A stretch of DNA of 63,230 bases, filler included, from a bacterium (GTDB lineage: Bacteria; JALSQH01), in the NCBI GenBank assembly GCA_026985515.1. It is 6 parts of 6 records of this genome, joined end to end, with 100 filler letters (N's around TTAATTAATTAA, not from the genome) between each part and the next. Parts side by side here need not be neighbours in the genome. Positions count along the whole stretch, not along the records: positions 1 to 17,038 come from JALSQH010000063.1; 5 more parts are not named here. One strand, 5' to 3'. Position 1 is the stretch's first letter. Each line of letters begins with the position of its first letter. The position numbers were made by a program, and so were the translations under genes. The notes under the pieces are model-generated. The model saw only the letters and a program-made list of their open reading frames with translations. It was not told where the DNA came from and ran no database searches. Below, one piece after another: positions 1-10,223 of the stretch.

Positions 1-350
1 CTGTCATCGGTGCAGAAATTTTGAAGCATATTGAACAGTTAAAAGATGTACTTCTTGGTACCCTCTATCACCACGAGAGATATGATGGGAGAGGATATCC
101 TGAGGGTTTGAAGGATGGAGAGATTCCATTGATCGCACGAATAATTGCTGTGGCCGATACTTTTGATGCCATGACTTCTGACAGACCATACAGGAAGGCT
201 CTTCCTGACAAGGTTGCTCTTGAGGAACTCATAAAGAACAAGGGTACGCAGTTTGATCCCGATGTTGTGGATGCTTTTGTAAAAGCATTTAAAGATGGTA
301 AGATAATCAGTGCTACCAAAAGAAAGGAGGAGGGAAAAAATGTCCAGTGA
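1..350 (+). CDS. HD-GYP domain protein, C-terminal part (5' end outside window)
   Basis: HHERYDGRGYP..L.GEIPLIARIIAVADTFDAMTSDRPYRKA..GTQFDP signature. Confidence 0.92.
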   Translation, partial: VIGAEILKHIEQLKDVLLGTLYHHERYDGRGYPEGLKDGEIPLIARIIAVADTFDAMTSDRPYRKALPDKVALEELIKNKGTQFDPDVVDAFVKAFKDGKIISATKRKEEGKNVQ

Positions 351-999
351 AATGGAAGAAAGATTATTTAAATTATTTGGAAAAGAATTCCCGGCTGGTA
401 CTGTTCTCACGCGGGAGGGTGATACAGGTGATGAGATGTTCATCATCCAGAGTGGAAAGGTGAAGATTATCAAAAGAGTGGGAGACAGGGAAAAACTTCT
501 GGCGGTCCTTGGTCCTGGAGATTTTTTTGGAGAAATGGCAATACTTCTTCAGGAGCCGAGAAGTGCTGATGCAGTTGTGGAGGAGGATGCAAAGATTCTT
601 GTAATAACCTCTCAGACTTTCAGGGATATGATAAAGGCCAATCCCGATATTGCCTTTAAGATAATGAAGAAACTTGCAAAAAGGGTGAAAGATACCACTG
701 AACAGATTGCGGATTTGCTTTCAAAGGATAAAAATCAGAAGGTGGTAAATGCAGTTTTAAGATTTGCCAGAGAACAGGGTAGAGAAACAGAGGAGGGTAT
801 TGAGATAGAAATCTCGGTTGATGATCTTGCCAAATACACAGGCTTGCCAATGGAGGATGTTGAAGAAGTTCTGAAAAAGATGATGAGAGCGGGTTTAATT
901 TCGATAACGGGGAGAGGATTTGCTGTACCAAGTCTGGAGAAGCTGAACAAATTTCTGGAATATCTGATGATGAAAGAACAATTTGGAGAAATAGACTGA
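340..999 (+). CDS. Crp/Fnr-family cNMP-binding transcriptional regulator
   Basis: GDFFGEMA..PRSA cNMP pocket plus C-terminal HTH; ATG at 340 after GGAGG. Confidence 0.9.
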   Translation: MSSEMEERLFKLFGKEFPAGTVLTREGDTGDEMFIIQSGKVKIIKRVGDREKLLAVLGPGDFFGEMAILLQEPRSADAVVEEDAKILVITSQTFRDMIKANPDIAFKIMKKLAKRVKDTTEQIADLLSKDKNQKVVNAVLRFAREQGRETEEGIEIEISVDDLAKYTGLPMEDVEEVLKKMMRAGLISITGRGFAVPSLEKLNKFLEYLMMKEQFGEID

Positions 1000-1009
1000 G
1001 AGGGGGATT

Positions 1010-1777
1010 ATGGAAATCAGAGCATTAGGGGTATATGGAAATCAGCTCCTGAGAAAAAGAACCACCACTTTCATGATCAATCATACTCTGCTTATTGATG
1101 CTGGAGCCATAACAGCATCCCTTACATTGAAGGAACAGGCTGAGATCAATAACATTATTCTGACCCATTCCCATGCTGACCATATAAAGGATATTGCTTT
1201 TCTGGCAGATAATGTTATTGGGAGGAAGCCTGTTTCAATAACTATCTATGGATCAGAAACAGTTATTAACGATGTGAGGGAGCATTACCTGAATGATAAA
1301 ATATGGCCTGATTTTACCATTATTCCATCAACACAGAATCCTGTTTTCAAATATGAGGTAATTGAGGTTGAAAAGGAATTTTCGGTATGTAACTTGAAGA
1401 TAATGCCTGTGAGGGTCAATCACCCCGTTTTTACTACCGGTCTGATTGTCTCTGATGGAAAGGTAACAGTTGCTTTTTCCTCTGATACAAGTCCCACAGA
1501 GAGGTTCTGGGAGGTTGTTAACAGCTACAGAAAGATAGATGCACTTTTTATTGAAACTTCTTTTCCCTCCGAACTGGAAAAACTTGCTGAGGTGAGTGGC
1601 CATCTGACTCCTGCAATGCTCAGTAAGGAGCTGGAGAAATTTAGATTTCTTGGAAAGTCCCGAATCTTTATTTATCACATCAAACCAGCTTTTGAGAGAA
1701 AGGTAAAAAGAGAGATAATGAAATTGGGGATCCCCAATCTCAGGATCCTCAGGCAGAATGAGATCATAAAGCTCTGA
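1010..1777 (+). CDS. Class II cAMP phosphodiesterase-like metallo-beta-lactamase-fold protein
   Basis: LIDAG, THSHADH, IWPDF, SDT, ETSFP, HLTP, YHIKP motifs; next to the Crp gene. Confidence 0.85.
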   Translation: MEIRALGVYGNQLLRKRTTTFMINHTLLIDAGAITASLTLKEQAEINNIILTHSHADHIKDIAFLADNVIGRKPVSITIYGSETVINDVREHYLNDKIWPDFTIIPSTQNPVFKYEVIEVEKEFSVCNLKIMPVRVNHPVFTTGLIVSDGKVTVAFSSDTSPTERFWEVVNSYRKIDALFIETSFPSELEKLAEVSGHLTPAMLSKELEKFRFLGKSRIFIYHIKPAFERKVKREIMKLGIPNLRILRQNEIIKL

Positions 1778-2547
1778 TGAAGTGTCCCCTTTGCGGAAAA
1801 TTGTTTTCTGAAGAGGAGTTCCTTCATTCTGGTGGGGTGTGTCCTGCCTGTGGTTTTCACTTAAGGTTGAGTGTGGAGCAGAGAATCTCCCTTACCTGTG
1901 ACAGATGGAATTCCCTGTCGCCGGAGCTTGAATATCTGAAGGACCCCCTTGAGTTTAAGGACAGATACCATTATGAAGAGAGGGTTGAAAGGGAAAGAAG
2001 GAAAACAGGAAGAGAAAGTGCCATAGAGCTCGGGAGGTGCTGGGCTGGTGATGTTGATTTCATGATGGGGATTTTTGATTTTGATTTTATGGGTGGAACA
2101 ATGGGAATCGTTGTGGGTGAAAGGATCAGGTATCTTTTTGAATCAGCAATGAGAGAAAAGAAGGCAGTGGTGATTTTTTTCTCTTCAGGTGGTGCAAGGA
2201 TGCAGGAGGGACTCTTCTCCCTTATGCAGATGGCAAAGGTTACAGTGGTGGTTGATGAATTTAAAAGCAGATGCAGGAAACCGTTTATCTCTGTAATTAC
2301 CCATCCAACCACAGGGGGGGTGCTGGCAAGTATTGTTTATCAGGCTGACATTGTAATTGCTGAACCCGGTGCAGATGTGGGTTTTACGGGGAAAAGGGTT
2401 ATAAGGAAGCTCTATAGAAGGAGAATTCCTTCAGATTTTCAAAAGGCTGAAAGAACTCTTGCTCTGGGATATCTTGATGATGTGGTGGATAGAAGAGAGT
2501 TGAAGGATTATCTGGTAAAGGTTGTAGAATTTCTCTCCGATGGGTAA
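1777..2547 (+). CDS. accD: Acetyl-CoA carboxylase carboxyltransferase beta subunit
   Basis: CxxC..CxxC zinc finger, DFDFMGGTMG, SGGARMQEG, PTTGGV; upstream of folC. Confidence 0.9.
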   Translation: MKCPLCGKLFSEEEFLHSGGVCPACGFHLRLSVEQRISLTCDRWNSLSPELEYLKDPLEFKDRYHYEERVERERRKTGRESAIELGRCWAGDVDFMMGIFDFDFMGGTMGIVVGERIRYLFESAMREKKAVVIFFSSGGARMQEGLFSLMQMAKVTVVVDEFKSRCRKPFISVITHPTTGGVLASIVYQADIVIAEPGADVGFTGKRVIRKLYRRRIPSDFQKAERTLALGYLDDVVDRRELKDYLVKVVEFLSDG

Positions 2548-3754
2548 AATTGATCTCTTTCTGGAAAATATTTTGGGCAGAAGGGTAAGGCCCGATCTCT
2601 CACCTCTCAGGAGCGCACTGATTGAAGCGGGATTCTCAGAAGGAGATTTTACGAAGGTCCTTGTGACCGGGACCAATGGTAAGGGTTCCACATCTTTCAT
2701 ATTTCACTCAATTTTGAAAATTGCCGGTTTGAAAAGTGGTCTTCTAACTTCCCCTCATATCTGCTCGGTTACAGAGAGAATCAAAATTGATGGTTCATTA
2801 CATGAAGAGGAGTGGATCGAAGCTCTGGAGAATTATCTTCCCATTATCCGGAGATACTCATTGACCTACTATGAAATAACAGTTCTGCTGACCTTTCATT
2901 TTTTCAGAAAATATGGTGTTGACACAGGAATTATGGAAACAGGGATGGGGGGCAGGTGGGATGGTTCCAATGTCTTTGGCGGGGAGTATGGGATTATCAC
3001 TTCTGTGGGACTTGACCATTCTGAATTCCTGGGCAATTCCCTCAGGCAGATTTTTATAGAAAAGGTTGAAATTCTGAGGAGAAGCAGAGCGGGTGTGTCA
3101 GGAGTTAGCAGAAAATTTTTCCGGGAAGTGGATTTTTATCCGCCGGAGGGAATCTACTTTTTCAATGAGGATTTCAATTACAGGAAAGGCGGCAGAATCT
3201 CCACATTTAGAATCAGGGATATAGCGTTCAAAATACCCGGTCTTTCCCCTTTACCTCAGTGGCACAGGAGCGTTGCAATGGCTCTGATGGGGGCTTATTT
3301 GATTCTTGGCAGAGAAGCTCTTATGAAAAAGAAGAATGAAATAGAGAATAGCCTGCCACTTCTGAAGATTCCCGGAAGATGGGATCTGAGAATAATAGAT
3401 GAGAAAGAGGTCCTTCTTGATGTTGCTCATAATCCACAGGCGTGGAGCAGGTTGATACAGAATGTGTACAGATACTTTACAGAGGGAGAAGAACCAGTAT
3501 GGATAATTGGAGTTCTCAGAGATAAAAACTGGAGGTATCTCTTTAACAAACTGGAAGGAAAAGAAGTTTTCTATGTTGAGGTTGGACCTGAGGAGAGGAG
3601 ACTTACCTTTGAGATGGTCAGTGACAGGTACCCTTATGTCAGGTATTGCCCAGGTGTTAAGGAATGCATTGCTGGCATCAGAAGCAGGAAGGTTGTTGTA
3701 ACAGGTTCCTTCTACACAGTTGCTCAGGCTGTATGTCCAGAATTAAAAACCTGA
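2540..3754 (+). CDS. folC: Folylpolyglutamate synthase/dihydrofolate synthase
   Basis: VTGTNGKGST, TSPH, ETGMGGRWD, GLDH, PGRW, LDVAHNP, TGSFY. Confidence 0.9.
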   Translation: MGKIDLFLENILGRRVRPDLSPLRSALIEAGFSEGDFTKVLVTGTNGKGSTSFIFHSILKIAGLKSGLLTSPHICSVTERIKIDGSLHEEEWIEALENYLPIIRRYSLTYYEITVLLTFHFFRKYGVDTGIMETGMGGRWDGSNVFGGEYGIITSVGLDHSEFLGNSLRQIFIEKVEILRRSRAGVSGVSRKFFREVDFYPPEGIYFFNEDFNYRKGGRISTFRIRDIAFKIPGLSPLPQWHRSVAMALMGAYLILGREALMKKKNEIENSLPLLKIPGRWDLRIIDEKEVLLDVAHNPQAWSRLIQNVYRYFTEGEEPVWIIGVLRDKNWRYLFNKLEGKEVFYVEVGPEERRLTFEMVSDRYPYVRYCPGVKECIAGIRSRKVVVTGSFYTVAQAVCPELKT

Positions 3755-5053
3755 TTTGTTCAACCATTTTCTGAAATCTTTAAGGGCTCTTTCACTGTAC
3801 AACTGTTTCTTTTTAAGTTTGTTTTTCACCCTGCGGGGCAGGGGAGCAAACAGTCCGAAATTGATATTACTTGGTTGAAAATTTTCACTTTTTTTCCTGA
3901 GATGAGAGAGGAGGGCACCTGTTGCAGTTGTGTCTGGCGGTATCAGTGGTTCTTTCCCCTCAAAATGGAGTTTCCTTACGAAGTATCCCGCCATAATTCC
4001 GGTGGTTGCAGATTCTATGTATCCTTCAACCCCGGTTATCTGGCCAGCCAGCATAATTTCAGTTCCTTTAATTCTCAAAAACTGGTCCAGAACCTCTGGT
4101 GCATTTATGTAAGTGTTTCTGTGCATACTGCCATATCTGAGAAATTCTGCATTTTTCAGGCATGGTATCATTCTGAAAACTCTCTTTTGTTCCGGATATG
4201 TGAGCTTGGTCTGGAAACCAACAATATTGAAGGCAGTTCCCTCTCTGTTTTCCTTCCGCAGCTGAACCACAGCGTATGGACGTTTACCGGTACGTGGATC
4301 TACAAGTCCAACAGGCTTCATTGGTCCATGGGCGAGGACATCGATTCCCCTCTCAGCCATCTCTTCAATGGGAAGACATCCTTCAAAATGTTTCCCTTTT
4401 TCAAACTCGTGATAAGGAAATTTTTCTGCTTTCATCAATTCTCTGACAAAATTTTTATACTCCTCTTCGGTCAGGGGACAGTTGATGTAATCGGCACCTT
4501 CTCCCTTGTTGTATCTGCTGGCCCAGAAGGCTCTGCTCATGTCTACTGTGTCAGCGTCAACTATGGGGGCAATGGCATCGTAGAAGTAGATGAATTTTTC
4601 ACCAATTATCTTTTTTAATTCTTCCACAAGGGGCTCAGATGTTAGCGGTCCTGTGGCAATTATTACCGGTGGAGACGGAATTTCAGTAACTTCTGTTTTT
4701 ATTATTTTTATCTCTGGCATGGATGAGAGTTTTTCTGTGATGTATTTCGAAAATTTCTCCCTGTCCACAGCAAGGGATTGTCCAGCAGGAACTCTGTACC
4801 TGTCCCCGGCTTCCATAACAATTGAGTTCATCATTCTCATTTCCCGCTTGAGTATCCCGGGAGCGGAGGTTTCGGAATCACTGCGGAAAGAGTTGCTGCA
4901 CACCAGTTCCGAAAAGTACCCTGTTTTGTGTGCAGGTGTTAATTTCCCGGGCCTCATTTCGTACAATTCCACACTGATCCCTTTTCTTGCCAGATACCAG
5001 GCGGCTTCACTACCCGCCAGTCCTGCACCTATTATTTTTACCGGAGATTTCAT
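3743..5053 (-). CDS. trmFO: FAD/folate-dependent tRNA m5U54 methyltransferase
   Basis: IIGAGLAGSEAAW, ELVCSNSF, FYDAIAP, FEGCLPIE, AGQITGVEGY. Confidence 0.96.
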   Translation of the reverse strand: MKSPVKIIGAGLAGSEAAWYLARKGISVELYEMRPGKLTPAHKTGYFSELVCSNSFRSDSETSAPGILKREMRMMNSIVMEAGDRYRVPAGQSLAVDREKFSKYITEKLSSMPEIKIIKTEVTEIPSPPVIIATGPLTSEPLVEELKKIIGEKFIYFYDAIAPIVDADTVDMSRAFWASRYNKGEGADYINCPLTEEEYKNFVRELMKAEKFPYHEFEKGKHFEGCLPIEEMAERGIDVLAHGPMKPVGLVDPRTGKRPYAVVQLRKENREGTAFNIVGFQTKLTYPEQKRVFRMIPCLKNAEFLRYGSMHRNTYINAPEVLDQFLRIKGTEIMLAGQITGVEGYIESATTGIMAGYFVRKLHFEGKEPLIPPDTTATGALLSHLRKKSENFQPSNINFGLFAPLPRRVKNKLKKKQLYSERALKDFRKWLNKSGF

Positions 5054-5610
5054 CCCAGAAGTTCTGACTTTGTAAAGATGGTTCTGAGCCTGTAGCCTGC
5101 TGACTCGATATTTTCTCTGCCTCCCTCTTCCCTGTCAATAAGAATAATAATAGCCTCAACCTTGTAGCCGGCTTCTTCAACTTTTTTGGCAGCTTCCAAG
5201 CTTGATTTACCTGTTGTTACAACATCATCAACAACCACCACTGGCTCTTTCTTCCGGAGATTTTTCCATCCCTCTATCCACTGCGAAATCCCGTGATCCT
5301 TTGATTCCTTTCTAACGATGAAGGCTGGAATGGGCTCTCCTTCAAGGTAACTCACCAGAGAAACTGCGGTGGCAATTGGATCAGCTCCAATGGTGAGACC
5401 ACCAACTCCCCTTACAGGGGTGCCCAGCTTCTTTATCTCTTCAAAAAAAAGTTTTCCAACCAGATAGCTTCCCTCTGGATGAAGGGTTGTGTGTTTGCTG
5501 TCAAAGTAAAAGTTACTTTTTCTTCCCGATGCAAGGATCACTTCTCTTTCCTCGTAAGATTTTTCGAGTATAATTTTCTTCAATTTTTCCCTCATTTCTG
5601 CAAGGTCCAT
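5050..5610 (-). CDS. pyrE: Orotate phosphoribosyltransferase
   Basis: LASGRKSNFYFD, VRKESKDHG, VVVDDVVTTGKS, DREEGG. Confidence 0.95.
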   Translation of the reverse strand: MDLAEMREKLKKIILEKSYEEREVILASGRKSNFYFDSKHTTLHPEGSYLVGKLFFEEIKKLGTPVRGVGGLTIGADPIATAVSLVSYLEGEPIPAFIVRKESKDHGISQWIEGWKNLRKKEPVVVVDDVVTTGKSSLEAAKKVEEAGYKVEAIIILIDREEGGRENIESAGYRLRTIFTKSELLG

Positions 5611-7034
5611 TATTTTTCCTCCTCTTTGCTTATTTCAAAGAGTGACATTTGTAAGGTTCTCTCTACCCCTATGGGATCCACCGGATAATTTCCTGTGAAA
5701 CACGCATAACAGAAATTTTCCGCCTTTCCCACCACCTCCATCAATCCTTCAATGCTCAGATAACCAAGGGAATCTGCTTCAAGCTCTTTTCTAATGTCTT
5801 CTATGGAACTCGCCTTCTGTGAGGCGATTAATTCCTTCTGAGCCGGAGTGTCAATGCCGTAGAAACAGGGGTGGGTTACCGGTGGCGAGCTGATTCTCAG
5901 GTGCACCTCCTTTGCCCCGGCATTTCTCAGCATTCTTATTATTTTTCTGCTCGTTGTACCCCTGACAATTGAGTCATCAATTACCACCACTCTTTTACCC
6001 TTTAAAAGATTCTTCACGGGGTTAAGTTTGAGTTTCACTCCTATATCACGCTGTCCCTGTTCCGGTTGTATAAATGTTCTTCCTATGTAGTGGTTTCTAA
6101 TAAGTCCCATCTCAAAGGGAATTCCTGATCTCTGAGAATATCCGATTGCCGCAGGAACCCCTGAGTCTGGAACGGGAATCACCATATCCGCATCAATATA
6201 CTGCTCCTCTGCCAGTTTTTCTCCAAATTTTTTCCTTATTTCATAAACTGAAACACCATCAAAAATCATACTATCAGGTCTTGCAAAGTAAATCAGCTCA
6301 AAGACACAGTAGGATCTTTTGCCTCTTCCAGACAGGTACTTGCTGAAGAGACCACTTTCTCCTATGAATAGAACTTCTCCCGGTTCTATATCCCTTTCAT
6401 ATCTGGCTCCTATCAGGTCAAAAGCGCATGTTTCTGATGCCACCACCCATCCCTCACCAAGTCTTCCAAGCACTAATGGTCTAAAACCATTGGGATCTCT
6501 TGCGGCAATTAGATATCTGGGTGTCAGCATCACCATGGAAAACGCTCCCCGCAATTTATCGAGGGAGTTGACAATCTTATTCTCAATGTACTCAGAGTCG
6601 TCCATAGCTATGAGGTGGAGAAGAATTTCAGTGTCAATGGTGGTGTGAAAAATTGCGCCTTCTCTTTGAAGTTCTTTTCTCAGGATGTCTGCGTTAACAA
6701 TGTTTCCATTGTGGGCAACTGCAAAGGTACCCCAGTGGTATTCCACAACAAGAGGTTGAATATTTCGTGGTGCTGACGCACCATGGGTTGAGTATCTCAC
6801 ATGGCCAATGGCCATATCTCCCGGGAGTTTTCTCAGGATACTTCTTGAGAAAACTTCGGTTACCATTCCCATATGTCTGTAAGTGTATGTTTTACCGGTG
6901 GAACTCTCCATAGAAACTATACCGGCACTCTCCTGACCCCTGTGCTGAAGGGCAAAAAGACCGTAGTATGCCTTCTGAGAGGCATCTTCTACATTGTAGA
7001 AGCCAATAACTCCACACTCATCTCTGAGAGGCAA
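5610..7034 (-). CDS. purF: Amidophosphoribosyltransferase
   Basis: ECGVIG, LQHRGQESAG, HNGN, PVPDSG, DDSIVRGTT, CFYGID. Confidence 0.97.
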   Translation of the reverse strand: MPLRDECGVIGFYNVEDASQKAYYGLFALQHRGQESAGIVSMESSTGKTYTYRHMGMVTEVFSRSILRKLPGDMAIGHVRYSTHGASAPRNIQPLVVEYHWGTFAVAHNGNIVNADILRKELQREGAIFHTTIDTEILLHLIAMDDSEYIENKIVNSLDKLRGAFSMVMLTPRYLIAARDPNGFRPLVLGRLGEGWVVASETCAFDLIGARYERDIEPGEVLFIGESGLFSKYLSGRGKRSYCVFELIYFARPDSMIFDGVSVYEIRKKFGEKLAEEQYIDADMVIPVPDSGVPAAIGYSQRSGIPFEMGLIRNHYIGRTFIQPEQGQRDIGVKLKLNPVKNLLKGKRVVVIDDSIVRGTTSRKIIRMLRNAGAKEVHLRISSPPVTHPCFYGIDTPAQKELIASQKASSIEDIRKELEADSLGYLSIEGLMEVVGKAENFCYACFTGNYPVDPIGVERTLQMSLFEISKEEEK

Positions 7035-7043
7035 TATTCCCTC

Positions 7044-9242
7044 CTATGCTGTAAGTGTTTTTTCAAGGGCACTGTCCCAGAGGTGAAATACTTCGTTAAT
7101 ACTCAGATCAAAAACTCCTTCAACTATTGCTCTTTCTCCCCCCGTGGTACCAAGAAAAGTCAGTGGAATTTTCCATTTCTCAGCAACTTCTATTACTTTT
7201 TCTGCGTTACCTTTTTTCACTTCTACCAAAATTTTACCAGGAACTTCGGAAAAAAGGAAGAAATCTTTTCGTATATCCTTAGGCAATTTTACCATGAATC
7301 CTATTTTTTTTCCAAATGTCATTTCAAGAAGTGCAATTGCAGCTCCACCTTCTGAGATGTCGTGCGAAGATTCAATTATACCTCTGTTCCAGAGTTCAAT
7401 CAGTGCCTCCACACTGTTTTTTATGAGTTCAAGGTTCAGAGAAGGTAATTCACCCTTTATTTCACCTGTTAGCATTTTCAGGTATTCACTTCCAGCAATT
7501 GATAGAGGAGAGCTTCCAAGAAGATATATTGAGTTTCCCTCTCCTGCAAAGTAATTTTGGGGTACTTTTTTCATCCCTTCTTTTATGCCCACCATCCCTA
7601 TGGCTGGGGTTGGCAGGATAGGTTTACCGTTTGTTTCATTGTAAAAACTTACATTGCCGCTCACCACGGGCGTTTCAAATACTTCGCATGCCTGACTTAT
7701 TCCCTCAACTGATTGCTCAAACTGCCACATAATTTCAGGTTTTTCAGGATTTCCAAAGTTAAGACAGTCAGTTATTGCAAGAGGACGAGCACCAACACAT
7801 GCAAGATTTACGGCGGCTTCTGCCATTATCCACTTGCTTCCCTCAAGGGGATCAAGATAAACATACCGGGCATTGCTTTCAACAACAAGGGCAAGATATT
7901 TCTCTGTGCCTTTTATTCTGAGAAGGGCAGCGTCTCCCCCCGGTCTTATCACTGTGTTGATCTGTACCATGTGATCATACTGTCTGTAGATCCATCTTTT
8001 ACTGGCGATATTTGGTCTGATAATCAGTTGTTTAATAATTTTTTCATAATCTTCCGGTTCAGGAAGTGGATCCAGATTCTTAACCTCTTCAAGATACAAA
8101 GGTTTTTTTCTGGGTCTATCATAGACTGGCGCTTCTTCGGTGAGTGGTTTGACCGGAAGTTCAAAAACCTTTTCTCCTTTGAAGTAGCCTCTTATTACCT
8201 GTTCTTCAATTATTTCTCCAATTTCAACTGCCTGAAGGTCCCATTTTTCAAAAATCTTTTTGACTTCCTCTTCTTTTCCCTTTTTTGCAACAATAAGCAT
8301 TCTTTCCTGTGACTCTGATAGCATAATTTCATAAGGGGTCATTCCCTCTTCACGGACAGGCACCCTGTCAAGATGAAGAATCATTCCTGTAGCGGCTCTG
8401 CCAGCCATTTCAAAGGAGCTTGAAGTCAACCCTGCTGCTCCCATGTCCTGAATTCCCACAATGAGATCCTTATCCATAACTTCCAGGCATGCTTCCAGAA
8501 GCAATTTTTCAGTGAAAGGGTCTCCAACCTGAACGGTTGGTTTCTTTTCCTCCGTGTCCTCTGAGAATTCTTCAGAGGCCATTGTGGCTCCATGAATGCC
8601 ATCCCTCCCGGTCCGTGATCCCACATAGAGCACTTTGTTACCCGGTCCACTTGCCCTTCCATAAAAGATCTTATCCTTCTTTGCAATTCCAAGGGTAAAA
8701 GCATTTACCAGAATGTTATAGTTGTACTCCTTTTCAAAATATGTTTCCCCTGCCACTGTTGGTACACCCACACAGTTTCCGTAGTCCCCTATTCCAGCTA
8801 CCACACCTTCCACCAGGAATTTCATTCTGGGAAAGTCAAGCTCTCCAAAGTGGAGGGAGTCCATATTGGCGATTGGTCTGGCTCCCATGGTGAAAATGTC
8901 TCTCAAGATTCCTCCCACTCCTGTTGCAGCTCCCTGATAGGGTTCAATGTAGGATGGATGATTGTGACTTTCCATTTTAAATACAACTGCGAGACCATCT
9001 CCAATATCCACAACTCCAGCGTTCTCTCCGGGACCCTGTATTACCTGGGGTCCAGATGTGGGAAACCTCTTCAGGAATTTCCTTGAGCTTTTATAGCTGC
9101 AGTGCTCTGACCACATTGCAGCGAAGATACCTAATTCTGTATAGTTGGGTTTTCTTCCCAGTATTGACAGAATTCTTTCGTATTCTTCCCTTTTCAGGCC
9201 CAGTTCTTCAGCAAGCTGGGGGGTAACTTCAGGTTCTTTCAT
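7044..9242 (-). CDS. purL: Phosphoribosylformylglycinamidine synthase subunit PurL (small type)
   Basis: [41 protein letters not shown]. Confidence 0.97.
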   Translation of the reverse strand: MKEPEVTPQLAEELGLKREEYERILSILGRKPNYTELGIFAAMWSEHCSYKSSRKFLKRFPTSGPQVIQGPGENAGVVDIGDGLAVVFKMESHNHPSYIEPYQGAATGVGGILRDIFTMGARPIANMDSLHFGELDFPRMKFLVEGVVAGIGDYGNCVGVPTVAGETYFEKEYNYNILVNAFTLGIAKKDKIFYGRASGPGNKVLYVGSRTGRDGIHGATMASEEFSEDTEEKKPTVQVGDPFTEKLLLEACLEVMDKDLIVGIQDMGAAGLTSSSFEMAGRAATGMILHLDRVPVREEGMTPYEIMLSESQERMLIVAKKGKEEEVKKIFEKWDLQAVEIGEIIEEQVIRGYFKGEKVFELPVKPLTEEAPVYDRPRKKPLYLEEVKNLDPLPEPEDYEKIIKQLIIRPNIASKRWIYRQYDHMVQINTVIRPGGDAALLRIKGTEKYLALVVESNARYVYLDPLEGSKWIMAEAAVNLACVGARPLAITDCLNFGNPEKPEIMWQFEQSVEGISQACEVFETPVVSGNVSFYNETNGKPILPTPAIGMVGIKEGMKKVPQNYFAGEGNSIYLLGSSPLSIAGSEYLKMLTGEIKGELPSLNLELIKNSVEALIELWNRGIIESSHDISEGGAAIALLEMTFGKKIGFMVKLPKDIRKDFFLFSEVPGKILVEVKKGNAEKVIEVAEKWKIPLTFLGTTGGERAIVEGVFDLSINEVFHLWDSALEKTLTA

Positions 9243-9357
9243 ATTTTCTCCTCTGTGCAGGGAATTATTATACCAGAGGGTGCGTTGAATGCAAAATTGA
9301 GATTTGAAATTAAAATCATTTCTGATAAAATTTCATTCTTAATTTTTCCGGGAGGAG

Positions 9358-10164
9358 ATGGTGAAGGTTGATCTTCATGTGCATACAAATTGCTCTGATG
9401 GTGTTTATCCCCCTCTTGAGGTTGTCAGGAGAGCAAGGGAGGGTGGTCTGGATGTTATAGCAATTGCTGATCACGATTGTGTTGAGGGAAATCTTGAGGC
9501 TCAGGATAATCCCTTTGGTGTGATTGTGCTTAAAGCAGTTGAAATCACGAGTTATATTGGTCCGGATGAGATTCATGTGCTGGGGTATTTCAGGGAATTT
9601 TCTGATAATTTGAAAATTTTTCTTAAGGGGATACAGGAAGAGAGGAGGGGACGAATTGTTGAAATTATTTCATCACTTAAGAAACTGGGTGTATCCATAA
9701 GCGAAGAGATCTTTTTTGAAACCTTCAGTGAAGCCAGAACTTACACCAGGGGTCATCTTGTTTTTTATCTTCTCCAGAATAACTACGGATCTTCTCCAAA
9801 GGAAGTATTTGAAAAATATCTGAAAGATTTTTCTGTTCCAATTAGCGTGACTCCCGCTGATGCGATTAAAGTTATTCTGGAAAATGATGGTATACCTGTA
9901 TGGGCACATCCTGTCCCTGAAGAGTTAAACAAGCATTTTGATTATATGCTGAATGCCGGGATCAGAGGAATTGAAGCGTATAATGGAAGAAGGGGGGTGA
10001 CTGAAGAGGTCAGCAGAGAGTTTGTGAAGATTGCAAAGGAACATAATCTCTTTGTTACTGCTGGTTCAGACTGGCATGGTCACACGAAGGATTACAATCT
10101 TGGGGATTTCTACAGGACTGAGAGGGAGGTGGGGGGATTCCTGGCAAATTTTATTCAGTTGTAG
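9358..10164 (+). CDS. PHP-domain metal-dependent phosphoesterase
   Basis: DLHVHTNCSDG, IADHD, IHVLGY, WAHP, TAGSDWHG. Confidence 0.92.
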   Translation: MVKVDLHVHTNCSDGVYPPLEVVRRAREGGLDVIAIADHDCVEGNLEAQDNPFGVIVLKAVEITSYIGPDEIHVLGYFREFSDNLKIFLKGIQEERRGRIVEIISSLKKLGVSISEEIFFETFSEARTYTRGHLVFYLLQNNYGSSPKEVFEKYLKDFSVPISVTPADAIKVILENDGIPVWAHPVPEELNKHFDYMLNAGIRGIEAYNGRRGVTEEVSREFVKIAKEHNLFVTAGSDWHGHTKDYNLGDFYRTEREVGGFLANFIQL

Positions 10165-10223
10165 TGTCTTGATTCTTGTCTCATCGTTTATCTTCTGCTA
10201 ATCTTCTTTAAAAGGGGGCTATT

